DNA of 64,000 nucleotides from an uncultured Gammaproteobacteria bacterium (GCA_964608945.1 CAZSQB010000001.1:3211-67210), one strand, 5' to 3'; counted from the first letter of the stretch, positions 1 through 10,997 are shown. The notes: generated by a model from the letters alone, not told the origin. A program made the numbers and translations.

Positions 1-841
1 AGTTGAGTTGATTATCATTGATGATGCTTCAAAAGACGGGAGCGTTTCGTATATTGATTCATTCATTAAGCAAAATAAAACAGACATAGTTATTCACTTA
101 CAGAAGAATGAAAAAAACTTAGGTTTCTCTCCCACGATAAATAGAGCTGTTAAAAAAGCAACAGGCGAGATTGTTTATTTGTTGAACTCCGATGTATTGC
201 CGGAGGATGATTTTCTCTTGCCGCTTCTTTCCCATTTTGCTGATGAGCGAGTATTTGCAGTGGGCTCTATGGATAAAAGTAAGGAAAATGGCAAAATTAT
301 TTTACGAGGGAGAGGAATCGGCAGATGGAAAAAAGGTTTTCTCATTCATAGTCGGGGAGAAGTTGATAAAACGAATACGCTTTGGGTCAATGGGGGAAGT
401 GGTGCATTCAGAAAAGAGACTTGGGATAAGCTTGGAGGTTTTTGCGAATTATATGCTCCTTACTATTGGGAAGATATTGACTTGTCGTACCGTGCACAAA
501 AATCAGGCTATACCGTTATTTTTGAACCGAAAAGTGTAGTCATACATGAGCACAAAAAAGGAGCAATTTTTCGTACGCAAAAACCCCAAAAAATAAAAGC
601 AATAGCATACAGAAATCAGATTTTATTTACCTGGATCAACGCGACGGATGTGGATATATTACTACAGCATGTACTTTGGATGCCGTATTACATTATTGCT
701 GCGATAGTAAAGGGTGACTTGGTATTTCTTGCCGGTCTTGCTCAGGCTTTTATTCGCCTAGCAAATGTTATACAATTTAGAGCAAACATTTCAAAGCATT
801 TCATCAAAAGCGATCGAGAGATTATTTCGACTTTTTCCTAG
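1..841 (+). CDS. GT2 glycosyltransferase (WbbL/WcaE-like), 5'-truncated by window edge
   Basis: IIIDDASKD, NLGFSPTIN, LLNSD and YWEDIDLSYR motifs of GT2; frame is open to the window start. Confidence 0.85.
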   Translation, partial: VELIIIDDASKDGSVSYIDSFIKQNKTDIVIHLQKNEKNLGFSPTINRAVKKATGEIVYLLNSDVLPEDDFLLPLLSHFADERVFAVGSMDKSKENGKIILRGRGIGRWKKGFLIHSRGEVDKTNTLWVNGGSGAFRKETWDKLGGFCELYAPYYWEDIDLSYRAQKSGYTVIFEPKSVVIHEHKKGAIFRTQKPQKIKAIAYRNQILFTWINATDVDILLQHVLWMPYYIIAAIVKGDLVFLAGLAQAFIRLANVIQFRANISKHFIKSDREIISTFS

Positions 842-1549
842 ATGAAGTTATCTATAATTATTCCTGCGTTTAACGAAGAGAAAACAATAGGAAGCATAGT
901 AAAAAAAGTTGTATCCGTGAGACTTCCTGGTGTTGAGAGGGAAGTAATTATTGTTGATGATGGCTCAACAGATAACACTATTTCAAAAATCCCTAAAATC
1001 TATAAAAATCTCACCATTATTGTTCATAAAGTAAATCAGGGTAAAGGAGCGGCAATTATGTCGGGGGTAAAGAAAGCAAGCGGGGAATACATAGTTATTC
1101 AAGATGCAGATTTAGAGTATGATCCATCTGATATTATTAATCTCATTGAGCCTCTTAAAGAAAAAAAATATCAAGTTGTCTATGGATCGCGGCTTAAGAG
1201 AATGCCAAATTTCTTAAGAGACGAACGAACAGTTCGTTTTTTTACTCACTATCTCGGAAATAAATTTTTAAGTCTTATTACAAGCATCTTGTATGGACAA
1301 TGGATTACCGATATGGAAACAGGATATAAATTATTTCCTAAATCGTTGGTAAATAACATGAACATCCAGGCAAAGAGCTTTGATTTCGAACCAGAGATTA
1401 CTGCAAAATTCTTAAAGCGAGGTCATAATATTCTTGAAGTCCCCATTAGCACCAATCCGAGAAGCTATGATGAAGGAAAAAAGCTGATCACATTTAAAGA
1501 CGGACCTATCGCGCTTTGGACTTTGTTGAAATACAGATTTATTGATTAA
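842..1549 (+). CDS. GT2 DPM1-like polyprenyl-phosphate glycosyltransferase
   Basis: IIIPAFNEE, VDDGSTD, NQGKGAA, QDADLEYDP, TDMETGYK, FDFEPEIT. Confidence 0.9.
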   Translation: MKLSIIIPAFNEEKTIGSIVKKVVSVRLPGVEREVIIVDDGSTDNTISKIPKIYKNLTIIVHKVNQGKGAAIMSGVKKASGEYIVIQDADLEYDPSDIINLIEPLKEKKYQVVYGSRLKRMPNFLRDERTVRFFTHYLGNKFLSLITSILYGQWITDMETGYKLFPKSLVNNMNIQAKSFDFEPEITAKFLKRGHNILEVPISTNPRSYDEGKKLITFKDGPIALWTLLKYRFID

Positions 1550-3042
1550 TGAATAATTTATTGTTAACCGTGCAGAAGAACAAGTATTTACTTATTTGTA
1601 TAGCTATTATTCTTCTTGCAACTTTTTTGCGTTTTTACAACTACGAAAACAGATGGGGACTTGCATATGACCAGGCACACGATGCGTTAGTTTCCAGATA
1701 CGCGGTTGAGGAGAAAAAATTACCACTCTTGGGCCCTTTTTCTTCTGCGGGTCCGTTTCAAACAGGAGGACAATGGTATTGGTTAATAATGATTCCAATT
1801 TTTATCTACCCTTATTCGGTTTTATCACCATGGATTTTTATAACACTTCTTTCTGTAGCATTTGTGGGAGTAATGATTTTTATAGGAAATAAGCTTGAAG
1901 GAAGATTCTTTTCTGTTATTGTCGGGTTATTTGCATGTGTTTCTACCGCACAAATTGCCCAGGCAGTCAGCCTGACGAATCAGTCGCCGCATGCTCTCCT
2001 AAGTGCTTTAGGCATTGCATCAATGATTTATTTTATTAAAACAAAAAAAACAAAATTCTTATTTTTGATTGGAGTTCTTGTAAGCTTGTCTGCAACCATT
2101 CATCTGCAGGGAGTAGCCCTTATTTTATTATTGGTAACTACGATTCTTTTTACCAAGACATTTTCTTTGAAAAAGATTACTATTGTTGCTCTTGGCGCGT
2201 GCACTGCGCTTATACCCATTCTCTTATATGATTTGCAACATGATTTTTTTAATATAAAAAACATGTATCAGTATTACTTATTCGATCAATATAAGATTTC
2301 ACTTGATGTATTAGGAAGAAGATGGTTAACCTATGGTGGAATATTTATCCCACGATCATGGGCTTATGTTATTGGCGGTTTTCCACCTGTTGGATATGTA
2401 GGAATAATTGGATCTGGATTGATGATTGTATATGCTGTTTTCAAAAAAAAACTTTCAAAAGAATGGTTTATCTTAGCGGTAGCTTTTGCTGGAATGGTTG
2501 GTATTTTAAAATATACCCGAACGCCCCTTTTTGACAGTTATTTGGTTTTTTTGCACCCATTTATTATTCTTTTAACTTCTCTTTTTGTACTCGATATGTA
2601 TAGATTTAATAGAATTGTAGGTTTGACTCTTTGTATCGGCATCGTGACCACGAGCTTATATAAAGACATCCCAGAATTAAAAGGCAGCTTTAATTATGCC
2701 GCGTTTATATCGAATAATTTTAAAAACGCTCTAACTGAAAAATATCCAAACGAAAAATTTGCAATATATGATCATAGATATTCGCAGAAAGATAAAAGTC
2801 TACCGCTCGTTTTATTTTTAGATGGTGAAGGTAAAATTAACGATAATGGACATAAAATAGGGATATACATACAAACTATGCAGTATGTAGCAAATAGTCC
2901 AGTTATTAAGGGAGAAAAAGGTGAATACCAATTAGTTGATTTAGATAGTTATTCAACTTTTGATTTATCGAAAGATCAATGGGTATTTGTTAATCCAAGT
3001 GAAATTTATCGGACAACAGAAGAATGGTATACTAAAAAATAA
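1549..3042 (+). CDS. GT-C (ArnT/PMT-like) membrane glycosyltransferase
   Basis: LR after TM1, acidic loop AYDQAHD, PLLGP, many TM segments, soluble C-terminal domain; related to 10994..12493. Confidence 0.75.
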   Translation: MNNLLLTVQKNKYLLICIAIILLATFLRFYNYENRWGLAYDQAHDALVSRYAVEEKKLPLLGPFSSAGPFQTGGQWYWLIMIPIFIYPYSVLSPWIFITLLSVAFVGVMIFIGNKLEGRFFSVIVGLFACVSTAQIAQAVSLTNQSPHALLSALGIASMIYFIKTKKTKFLFLIGVLVSLSATIHLQGVALILLLVTTILFTKTFSLKKITIVALGACTALIPILLYDLQHDFFNIKNMYQYYLFDQYKISLDVLGRRWLTYGGIFIPRSWAYVIGGFPPVGYVGIIGSGLMIVYAVFKKKLSKEWFILAVAFAGMVGILKYTRTPLFDSYLVFLHPFIILLTSLFVLDMYRFNRIVGLTLCIGIVTTSLYKDIPELKGSFNYAAFISNNFKNALTEKYPNEKFAIYDHRYSQKDKSLPLVLFLDGEGKINDNGHKIGIYIQTMQYVANSPVIKGEKGEYQLVDLDSYSTFDLSKDQWVFVNPSEIYRTTEEWYTKK

Positions 3043-4286
3043 TGAAGAGTGTTCAGCTTGATTCGGTTCTCCTTTTTACATTTGTTATTCCCTTTGTCAT
3101 GGCCGTGCGAATCGGTCCCGGAGATACGCCATATTGGTTATTTGGAATAATCTTTTTTTTACTGTTCGGAAACATAGTATTGGATATAGTGTCGGTAAAA
3201 GAGAAACTACGTTCTTTACTAAAGCAAATAGTATTGTGGACAACCATTATCGTTGTTCTTGGTAGCGCTTTTGCTTCTGCAATTATGGTAAGACATCAGG
3301 TAGCCCCTGTCTATATGATTCATGACATAATATTGCAGCAAGAGTCAGCACTTCGCTTTTTATTAGATGGGATAAATCCATACGCGGTTACATATTTTGG
3401 AACTCCACTGGAGCAATGGAATTATTCTCCAACAGAGGTTAATCCTGCTTTGTACCACTTTGTCATGCAGCCTTTCTATCTATTGTTCGCCTTACCATTT
3501 TATTTTATCAGCAATCATACCATCGGTTACTTCGATGGAAGAATTCCGTTATTGTTTCTCTTTTTCTCGCTTCTTGTTCTTTCAAGTGCTTTGATAAAAG
3601 AAGAAGAGCGCAAACGATTATTCCTAGTTCTTCTTGCTTTCAACCCTGCGGTTCTTCCCTACACACTTGAGGGTAGATCGGATTTGTTTATGTATCCATT
3701 TCTTTTCTTAGGATTTTTCCTTCTCTATAAAAAACGCTATGTATGGGCAGGGATCCCGATCGCGCTTGCGTTTGCTGTGAAGCAGTCAGCGTGGTTGATA
3801 TTTCCATTCTATGTCGCGTATTTATTTTTTAATACAAAAAGCATCAAGGCAACAGTCCTCTCTCTTCTGCCATTTGCACTTGTCTTTGGCGCTATCGTCC
3901 TGCCTTTCTTCCTTTGGGACCAGAACGCATTTATCGATAGCACTGTACGATATCTATCAGGCGATACAAAGCACAGCTATCCGATTTCAGGATATGGTCT
4001 TGGTAGATTACTTCATGAGATTCACGTGATAAGGGACCTTAAGGGGCAATACCCATTTTTATACTGGCAAGCTGCAGCCGGTTTACCTCTCCTTATTGGG
4101 CTCCTCTATTACTTAAAGAAACGGCCGAGTGTTTCTCGCCTTATACTTGTTTACGCAATTTTTTCGTTCGTGTATTGGTATGTATCACGATACTTTAACA
4201 ACAGTCATCTATCGTACATCTCAATGGTTTTTATAACTGCATACTTCTGGCCGGAAACAAAAGATAGGAGTCATGAAAAGACTTAG
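3042..4286 (+). CDS. GT-C membrane glycosyltransferase (GT87-like)
   Basis: LLDGINPY, EGRSD, LAFAVKQ, LPFFLWD motifs typical of GT87-like proteins; about 10 TM segments. Confidence 0.65.
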   Translation: MKSVQLDSVLLFTFVIPFVMAVRIGPGDTPYWLFGIIFFLLFGNIVLDIVSVKEKLRSLLKQIVLWTTIIVVLGSAFASAIMVRHQVAPVYMIHDIILQQESALRFLLDGINPYAVTYFGTPLEQWNYSPTEVNPALYHFVMQPFYLLFALPFYFISNHTIGYFDGRIPLLFLFFSLLVLSSALIKEEERKRLFLVLLAFNPAVLPYTLEGRSDLFMYPFLFLGFFLLYKKRYVWAGIPIALAFAVKQSAWLIFPFYVAYLFFNTKSIKATVLSLLPFALVFGAIVLPFFLWDQNAFIDSTVRYLSGDTKHSYPISGYGLGRLLHEIHVIRDLKGQYPFLYWQAAAGLPLLIGLLYYLKKRPSVSRLILVYAIFSFVYWYVSRYFNNSHLSYISMVFITAYFWPETKDRSHEKT

Positions 4287-5943
4287 TATTTTTCTCCTCA
4301 TTTGTATTTTTCTCTCAGCTTTTTTTGTGCGCCTATATAAAGCTGGAGAAGTTCCATCAGGATTTCATCGCGATGAAGCGTTCTTAGGTTATAACGCATA
4401 CGCCATCTATAAAACCGGAAAAGATATGACCGGGAAGTTTCTTCCTCTTCATCTCGCATCATATCTCTACAGTCCAGCAGGGTATTCGTATTTAGCTATT
4501 CCCTCAATCGCGATATTTGGACTCAATGAATTCTCTATCCGATTACCATCCGCATTTTTTGGCGCACTCTCCATTCCCCTTCTTTATATTATGCTCAAAA
4601 AGCTATTTATACATAATCGATATAAAGAGCAGTTATCCATAATAGCTTCAGTTCTTTTTGCTATTACACCATGGCATATTAATCTCTCAAGAACGACGAC
4701 TGAAAATCCAGTTGTTTTGTTTTTCTTTCTCCTGGGATTAGTCTTTTTTTTCCACTGGAGAGCAAAACAAACTCTCCCCTTTTTACTGTTAAGTTTTCTA
4801 TCTTTTTTTGTGACAGTTTTTTTATATCAGGCTCCGCGGGCATTTCTCCCGTTTTTTCTCCCTTTTCTTTTTCTATCTTTGGCATATAAGCAAGCGCGTA
4901 AGCATATAAAAGTATTGCTGATGTTGTTTATCCTTATTGTTTTGCCCATTGGATATGTTATAAGCTCTTCTCATCTATCATTGCGAATTACATCGCTTAG
5001 TCTTACAAGCTCTCCTGAAGCGTCACTCATATTAACAGAAGCTATCCACCGTGATGGTGAGGAGGGAATACCGTCTCATATTGTACGAGTATTCCATAAT
5101 AAGCCACTTTTTTTTCTTGATAAATTTCTCACAAACTATTTTTCTCACTTCGATTACTCATTCCTTTTCGCAGACGAAGGGTATCCTGATAGATATCGAG
5201 TTCCAGGGGCAGGGTTGCTTTTGGTGACGCTGCTTCCGTTTCTATTGTTCGGTTTTTTTGAACTTTTAAAATCAAACAGACAGGAAGGATTACTCCTTTT
5301 AGGGTGGATCATTTTGACCCCGATCGGATCTGCGTTGACATTTGATGATGTCCCAAACCTTCAGCGGGCACTTTTTATGCTCCCTCCGTTATTAATTGGA
5401 GCATCGTTTGGAGCCGTGTCATTTTTCCATATAGTGCAAAAAAATAAAACACTCTCCACAATATTATTATTCGTTTTTGTCTTTTTTACTTCATTTTTAT
5501 TTGTCCGCTACCTTCATCAATACTATGTGCACGGGAATCCATACCGGCCATGGTATCGGCAAGACGGATATAGGGAGCTAGTTGCGAAGGTGAACAAGTA
5601 TCTACCAGGTTTCAAAAAAGCCATAATTACCGATAGGGAATCTGCTCCAACGATATTCTTTCTGTTTTACAGTCAGTATGACCCGGCAAAGTTTCAACAG
5701 GAAACGCAAAATTCTCCAATGCGAGATTTTGATAGGATAAACTTTGGAAAATATGAATTTTCTCAAGAAGAATGTCCATTTCCAACAGCGAAAACGCCAC
5801 CTGCTAAGAAGAAAGTAATAGTAGAGAAGGACGTGTTATATGTCAATAGCGGTCTGTGCGATAAGGCAGAAAAGGCCGAATACCTTGATATGATAAAACG
5901 AGAAGACAATTCTACTGTATTTGAGATTATCAATAAATTGTAG
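4273..5943 (+). CDS. GT-C glycosyltransferase (ArnT/GT39-like), paralog array member
   Basis: PSGFHRDEAFLGYNAY, RLPSAFFG, PWHINLSR. Confidence 0.85.
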   Translation: MKRLSIFLLICIFLSAFFVRLYKAGEVPSGFHRDEAFLGYNAYAIYKTGKDMTGKFLPLHLASYLYSPAGYSYLAIPSIAIFGLNEFSIRLPSAFFGALSIPLLYIMLKKLFIHNRYKEQLSIIASVLFAITPWHINLSRTTTENPVVLFFFLLGLVFFFHWRAKQTLPFLLLSFLSFFVTVFLYQAPRAFLPFFLPFLFLSLAYKQARKHIKVLLMLFILIVLPIGYVISSSHLSLRITSLSLTSSPEASLILTEAIHRDGEEGIPSHIVRVFHNKPLFFLDKFLTNYFSHFDYSFLFADEGYPDRYRVPGAGLLLVTLLPFLLFGFFELLKSNRQEGLLLLGWIILTPIGSALTFDDVPNLQRALFMLPPLLIGASFGAVSFFHIVQKNKTLSTILLFVFVFFTSFLFVRYLHQYYVHGNPYRPWYRQDGYRELVAKVNKYLPGFKKAIITDRESAPTIFFLFYSQYDPAKFQQETQNSPMRDFDRINFGKYEFSQEECPFPTAKTPPAKKKVIVEKDVLYVNSGLCDKAEKAEYLDMIKREDNSTVFEIINKL

Positions 5944-6000
5944 CATAGTAACCTTACGCAATAAACTCTGCAATAATGATAAATAGTGCATGATTACGCT

Positions 6001-7638
6001 ATGAAATCAAAAACCCTAGTATTTCTCTTAAGCATTGTAATTCTCGCTTCTTTCTTGCGTTTTTACCAATTGGGCAGTAACCCGCCCTCGCTCACGTGGG
6101 ACGAGGTAGCCTGGGGGTACAATGCGTATTCTCTTGGGATTGACGGGAGGGACGAATTTGGAAAATTTTTGCCTGTAACCTATCTTGAATCCTTCGGCGA
6201 TTTCAAGCCACCACTCTATGCGTACCTGACAATACTTCCGGTTAAAATTTTTGGCCTTACGGAATTTGCAGTCCGGTTTGCGTCAGCATTCTTTGGTGTA
6301 CTGACAGTACTGGTTACATTTTTTCTGACAAAGAGGATTTTCTATAAATCCCCCCACGCAACGCCTATAGCGCTTGCTGCAGCATTTGTTATGAGTATTT
6401 CTCCCTGGCATATCAATCTATCCCGAGCAGCATTTGAGGCCAATGTCGCAACATTTTTTTTGGCAAGTGGGGTCTTCATGTTTTTAGGAGGAGTACAGGA
6501 TAAAAAATGGTATTTTGTTGGTTCGGCAGCGGCATTTGCTCTCTCTTTCTACACATTTAATACTGCCCGTATTGTCGCACCCCTCTTGGTGCTTGTTCTC
6601 GCTGTTGGTTTTTTCAAAATACTGATAAAACAAAAAAAAGAATCTATTATTTCGGGAATTGTAGGCGTTATTCTCTTGCTGCCGCTTCTTCCTTTTCTTT
6701 TCTCTCCCCAAGCGAGCCTTCGATTTAAAGAAGTGAATATTTTTTCAGATAGTGGTACAGTTGAGAGAGCAAATACACAGATTGCAAATGATAACAATGC
6801 TTTCTGGTCAAAGATTATTCACAATAGAAGATTTGCGTATTCTCGGGAATATCTGCATCACTACTTTGATAACCTTAACCCCCACTTCTTATTCATAAAA
6901 GGAGATGGTAATCCTAGATTCTCAACTCGCGACGTAGGGCAATTATATCTATGGGATCTACCTTTTCTGATTGTGGGATTGGTGTTGCTACTTAGGAAAA
7001 GAGAAGGACACTTTTGGATCATTCCCGTATGGCTTCTTATCGGCATTGCTCCTGCCGCGGTTGCTCGCGAAACTCCCCATGCGCTTCGAATAGAAGCAAC
7101 ACTCCCGACGTTTCAGATACTTGTCGCGTATGGATTTGCCTATCTATTACCTTTTAACGACGCATTAAGATCCAGAAAATTGCGATACTACCTCGTAAGT
7201 GGAGCAGTGCTCTTGTTATTTTTTAATTTCTTATACTATTTTCATGGATACCATACTCACTACCCAAGGAAATACTCAGGGGAGTGGCAATACGGATACA
7301 AGGATTCTATTCAATACGTAGAGTCGGTGCAGGATGAGTATGATGGTGTTTTTCAAACTTCGGCGCTTGGAAGACCATATGCTTACTACGCTTTCTATAC
7401 GCAAGAAGATCCAAACAAGTTTCGGGCATCAGCGCAGGTAAAGCGTGATGTTTTTGGTTTTGTTACTGTTGAGGGGTTTTCCAAATATCATTTTGCAAAA
7501 GATATTCATGCTGTAAAAGCTGATTCAAAAAATATACTGTATATTAATACGCCAGATAAAGTCCCGGATAACGCAACTGTCTTTAAGGTCTTTACGCTTA
7601 AAGATGGAAAACCTGTCTTTGTAGCATATACGTTGTAA
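6001..7638 (+). CDS. GT-C glycosyltransferase (ArnT/GT39-like), paralog array member
   Basis: PPSLTWDEVAWGYNAY, FGDFKPPLY, SPWHINLSR, PHALR; ATG 6001 preferred over upstream GTG by paralog length. Confidence 0.85.
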   Translation: MKSKTLVFLLSIVILASFLRFYQLGSNPPSLTWDEVAWGYNAYSLGIDGRDEFGKFLPVTYLESFGDFKPPLYAYLTILPVKIFGLTEFAVRFASAFFGVLTVLVTFFLTKRIFYKSPHATPIALAAAFVMSISPWHINLSRAAFEANVATFFLASGVFMFLGGVQDKKWYFVGSAAAFALSFYTFNTARIVAPLLVLVLAVGFFKILIKQKKESIISGIVGVILLLPLLPFLFSPQASLRFKEVNIFSDSGTVERANTQIANDNNAFWSKIIHNRRFAYSREYLHHYFDNLNPHFLFIKGDGNPRFSTRDVGQLYLWDLPFLIVGLVLLLRKREGHFWIIPVWLLIGIAPAAVARETPHALRIEATLPTFQILVAYGFAYLLPFNDALRSRKLRYYLVSGAVLLLFFNFLYYFHGYHTHYPRKYSGEWQYGYKDSIQYVESVQDEYDGVFQTSALGRPYAYYAFYTQEDPNKFRASAQVKRDVFGFVTVEGFSKYHFAKDIHAVKADSKNILYINTPDKVPDNATVFKVFTLKDGKPVFVAYTL

Positions 7639-7644
7639 CAATTT

Positions 7645-9321
7645 ATGAGAAAATACACATATCTTCTCGTTTTTATTCTCCTTTTAGCTTCTGCATTACG
7701 GCTTTCAGCTCTTGGAAATGTGCCTCCCTCACCGGACTGGGACGAAGCATCACTGGGATACAATGCTTATTCGATACTAAAAACCGGAAACGATGAATAT
7801 GGGAAATTTTTGCCGGTCGTCCTTCGCTCTTTTGACGATTACAAACCCGCACTGTATATCTACTTTACTATCCCGTCAATCATTTTTTTTGGCGTGAATA
7901 CATTTGCCGTACGGCTACCGTCAGCGATCTTTGGTATCCTCACGGTTTTTGTTACCTACCTTTTTGTCAGGGAATTATTCGGGAGGGAAATAACAATACG
8001 AGGAAAGAACATCCAGACAGAGTATCTGGCACTCCTCTCCGCGTTCGTTTTAGCAATCTCACCCTGGCATATACAATTCTCTCGAATTGCTTTTGAGTCA
8101 AATGTCGGGATGGGGTTAAACCTTCTTGCCGCTTTCTTTTTTCTCAAAGGATTAAAGTCTCCATGGTTTCTTCTCGGGAGCGCTTTTGTTATGGGAATAA
8201 ATATTTATATGTATCAAAGCGAGAAAGTGTTCACGCCGCTTCTTCTCCTTGTTCTCGTTGCAGTCTATATAAAGCAACTGCAGAAGATTCCAAGAAAATA
8301 CATGATTCTTTCATGTATTGTTGGCTTTATCACAGTTATACCAATGGGGTATTATTTGCTCACTAATACTGAGGCCCTTTCAAGAGCACGGGGAGTCAGC
8401 GTTTTTGCTGACCAAACAGCGTTTTTGAAAGACAATGCAGAAAAAATTCTTCAGGATAAAAAATCAGGCGATATAGTGGGGCTGGTTCTTGATAACCGGA
8501 GAGTAGAGTATGGAAAGGCAGTACTGGCAAATTACATATCGCACATGGACTTAAATTGGCTATTTATAACTGGAGATATCGCTCGCCACCATGCTCCAGG
8601 CATGGGCCTGCTGTATCTTTTTGAATTACCATTTTTATTTCTTGGTATGTATTTTCTTTTGTTTGAGAGGATTGATAAAAAAATAAAACTATTACTTTTT
8701 CTCTGGTTGTTTATTACCCCTATTCCGGCATCAGTGACAAGCGGAGTGCCACACGCGGTACGCGCATTAAATTTCCTTCCAATCCTGCAAATTATTACTG
8801 CACTGGGACTGTTCACAGCTTTTGTAGAAGTATTAAGTATAAAGTATAAAGTATCAAGTATTCCGATGAGGTATTTTATATTTTCTCTATCATTCCTGCT
8901 TTTTCTTTTTAACTTTTTATATTACTTAAATCAATACTTTGTCCAGCAAAACTTTTACAACTCACTAGACTGGCAATATGGATACGAGAAAGCAATACCT
9001 GAGATACTGAAGGTTGAAGGGAGATATAAGAAAATCATTGTTTCAAACCAAGCACCGCTTGATCAGTCATATATATTTTTCTTGTTCTATCTTCTTTATC
9101 CACCAGGTCAATATCAAAAAGAGGCTCTGGAAGCGTCAGGTGGATTTCGTGAAGATCACCAGTTTGGCAAATACGAGTTTCGGCCGATAAGATGGGAGAG
9201 TGAGGAAAAGACTGAAGACACATTGTATATCGGACGGCCAGGTGATTTTCCTGATATTCCATCGATTAAAACTATCTACTATCTTGATAATACCCCTGCG
9301 ATCAAAATTGTAAGCGGTTAA
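7645..9321 (+). CDS. GT-C glycosyltransferase (ArnT/GT39-like), paralog array member
   Basis: PPSPDWDEASLGYNAY, FDDYKPALY, SPWHIQFSR, PHAVR. Confidence 0.85.
   Translation: MRKYTYLLVFILLLASALRLSALGNVPPSPDWDEASLGYNAYSILKTGNDEYGKFLPVVLRSFDDYKPALYIYFTIPSIIFFGVNTFAVRLPSAIFGILTVFVTYLFVRELFGREITIRGKNIQTEYLALLSAFVLAISPWHIQFSRIAFESNVGMGLNLLAAFFFLKGLKSPWFLLGSAFVMGINIYMYQSEKVFTPLLLLVLVAVYIKQLQKIPRKYMILSCIVGFITVIPMGYYLLTNTEALSRARGVSVFADQTAFLKDNAEKILQDKKSGDIVGLVLDNRRVEYGKAVLANYISHMDLNWLFITGDIARHHAPGMGLLYLFELPFLFLGMYFLLFERIDKKIKLLLFLWLFITPIPASVTSGVPHAVRALNFLPILQIITALGLFTAFVEVLSIKYKVSSIPMRYFIFSLSFLLFLFNFLYYLNQYFVQQNFYNSLDWQYGYEKAIPEILKVEGRYKKIIVSNQAPLDQSYIFFLFYLLYPPGQYQKEALEASGGFREDHQFGKYEFRPIRWESEEKTEDTLYIGRPGDFPDIPSIKTIYYLDNTPAIKIVSG
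8828..8862 (+). repeat. 5 x 7-bp tandem repeat AAGTATN inside CDS
   Basis: AAGTATT AAGTATA AAGTATA AAGTATC AAGTATT read directly. Confidence 0.85.
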
Positions 9322-9329
9322 AGGCGTTC

Positions 9330-10997
9330 ATGAAAAATTGGAACCCCAAAAGAACATTGCTTTTTTGCATCCTTATACTTGCATCGTTTCTGCGATTGTA
9401 TCAACTATCATCTGTTCCCCCAAGCCCGTCGCTTGATGAAGTTTCAATAGGCTATAATGCCTATTCTATTCTTCAGACCGGAAAGGATGAGTACGGGAAT
9501 AGTATTCCTGTACTCCTTCGAGCGTATGATGACTGGCGGCCAGGGCTCTACGTGTATTTTGTCATTCCTTTTTTGCCTATTTTTGGCCTGACAGCGCTTG
9601 CTGTCCGATTGCCATCAGTATTATTATCGATTTCTACTGTCTATCTTTCATATCTATTGGTCAGAGAATTTTTGGGAAACAAAAAATCGTCAGTTTTTAA
9701 TAAGGAGCTAGATACAAATTATCTTGCGCTGCTTACTTCTTTTTTGCTCGCGATTTCACCGTGGCATATTTATTTGTCAAGACTAGGTCATGAGGTAAAT
9801 CTTGGGCTAACTGCTTTCTTACTTGGTATATACTTTTTTGTAACAGCAGTGCAACATCCGAAGAGAAAAGGGTTGTACATTGTGTCGTCAATCTTCCTCG
9901 TTCTTTCTCTGTATGGTTATCAAAGTCAAAAATTCATTGTTCCTGTAGTGCTTTTCGGAGCAGTAGCATTGTTTTACAGGAACATAATGCAGCAGCTACG
10001 AGAGGTTACGCTCGCAGCGGTAATAGGAATTGTCCTCCTTATTCCGCTCATCATCGCATCATCAAATCCACAAGCGCTTATTCGATTTAACGCAACATCT
10101 GCATTTTCAAGTATTGACAGCAAATACCAGGAGAGCGCAGAAAACATACTTACGGCACGGGAGAAAGGAGATGTTATCGGTAAACTCCTCAATAATAGAA
10201 GATTCATTCTCCCGCAGGTATTTATAGCAAATTACGCTTCACATTTTAACCCACTCTGGTTATTTAGCGGCACAGAAAACGAGCAGCATAAAGTCCCAAA
10301 CCTCGGGCTCATATATATGTGGGAATCAATTTTTATTGTCGTCGGTATGCTTGTGTTTTTCTTCCTGAAAATAGACCGACGATACAAAATATTTGTTGTG
10401 CTTTGGTTTCTCTCCTCTCCCTTGGCCGCTGCAATCACAACTGGGGCGCCGCATGCAATGCGGTCGTATACATTTCTACCTCTCTGGCAGATGTTTTCGG
10501 CAATAGGTCTTATTTCCGCATATTTCTATTTTCAGAAATATCTTTCAGGAAAAATCCTTATCTTTCTCTTTTCGGTTGTATCACTTCTCAGTGTTATTTA
10601 TTTTGCTTACAATTATTATGTCGTTTTTCCAAAAACGCATTCTTCCTCTTTCCAATACGCTCTCTCAAAAGCTATTGCTTACACGATGAAACATGAAGGG
10701 AGATACCGCGAGGTTATTATTTCAAATAGAGAAAATCTCCATCAATCGTATATGTTTTTTCTGTTTAATTCTAAATACGACCCAAAACTCTATCTCTCTG
10801 AAGGCGGGACAAAGTCAGGTGGTTTTGCAGAAGAGCATAGTATTGGAGACTATCAATTTAAACCAGTTGAATATAGTATTATTCCAGATGGAGCGCTCGT
10901 GATTGGAAATAAATATGAAATTCCGAGCACTGCTAGCATTTTGCAAACACTTTCAAATCTTGATGGGATAGATGTGATATCAATCTCTGAAAAATGA
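9330..10997 (+). CDS. GT-C glycosyltransferase (ArnT/GT39-like), paralog array member
   Basis: PPSPSLDEVSIGYNAY, YDDWRPGLY, SPWHIYLSR, PHAMR. Confidence 0.85.
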   Translation: MKNWNPKRTLLFCILILASFLRLYQLSSVPPSPSLDEVSIGYNAYSILQTGKDEYGNSIPVLLRAYDDWRPGLYVYFVIPFLPIFGLTALAVRLPSVLLSISTVYLSYLLVREFLGNKKSSVFNKELDTNYLALLTSFLLAISPWHIYLSRLGHEVNLGLTAFLLGIYFFVTAVQHPKRKGLYIVSSIFLVLSLYGYQSQKFIVPVVLFGAVALFYRNIMQQLREVTLAAVIGIVLLIPLIIASSNPQALIRFNATSAFSSIDSKYQESAENILTAREKGDVIGKLLNNRRFILPQVFIANYASHFNPLWLFSGTENEQHKVPNLGLIYMWESIFIVVGMLVFFFLKIDRRYKIFVVLWFLSSPLAAAITTGAPHAMRSYTFLPLWQMFSAIGLISAYFYFQKYLSGKILIFLFSVVSLLSVIYFAYNYYVVFPKTHSSSFQYALSKAIAYTMKHEGRYREVIISNRENLHQSYMFFLFNSKYDPKLYLSEGGTKSGGFAEEHSIGDYQFKPVEYSIIPDGALVIGNKYEIPSTASILQTLSNLDGIDVISISEK

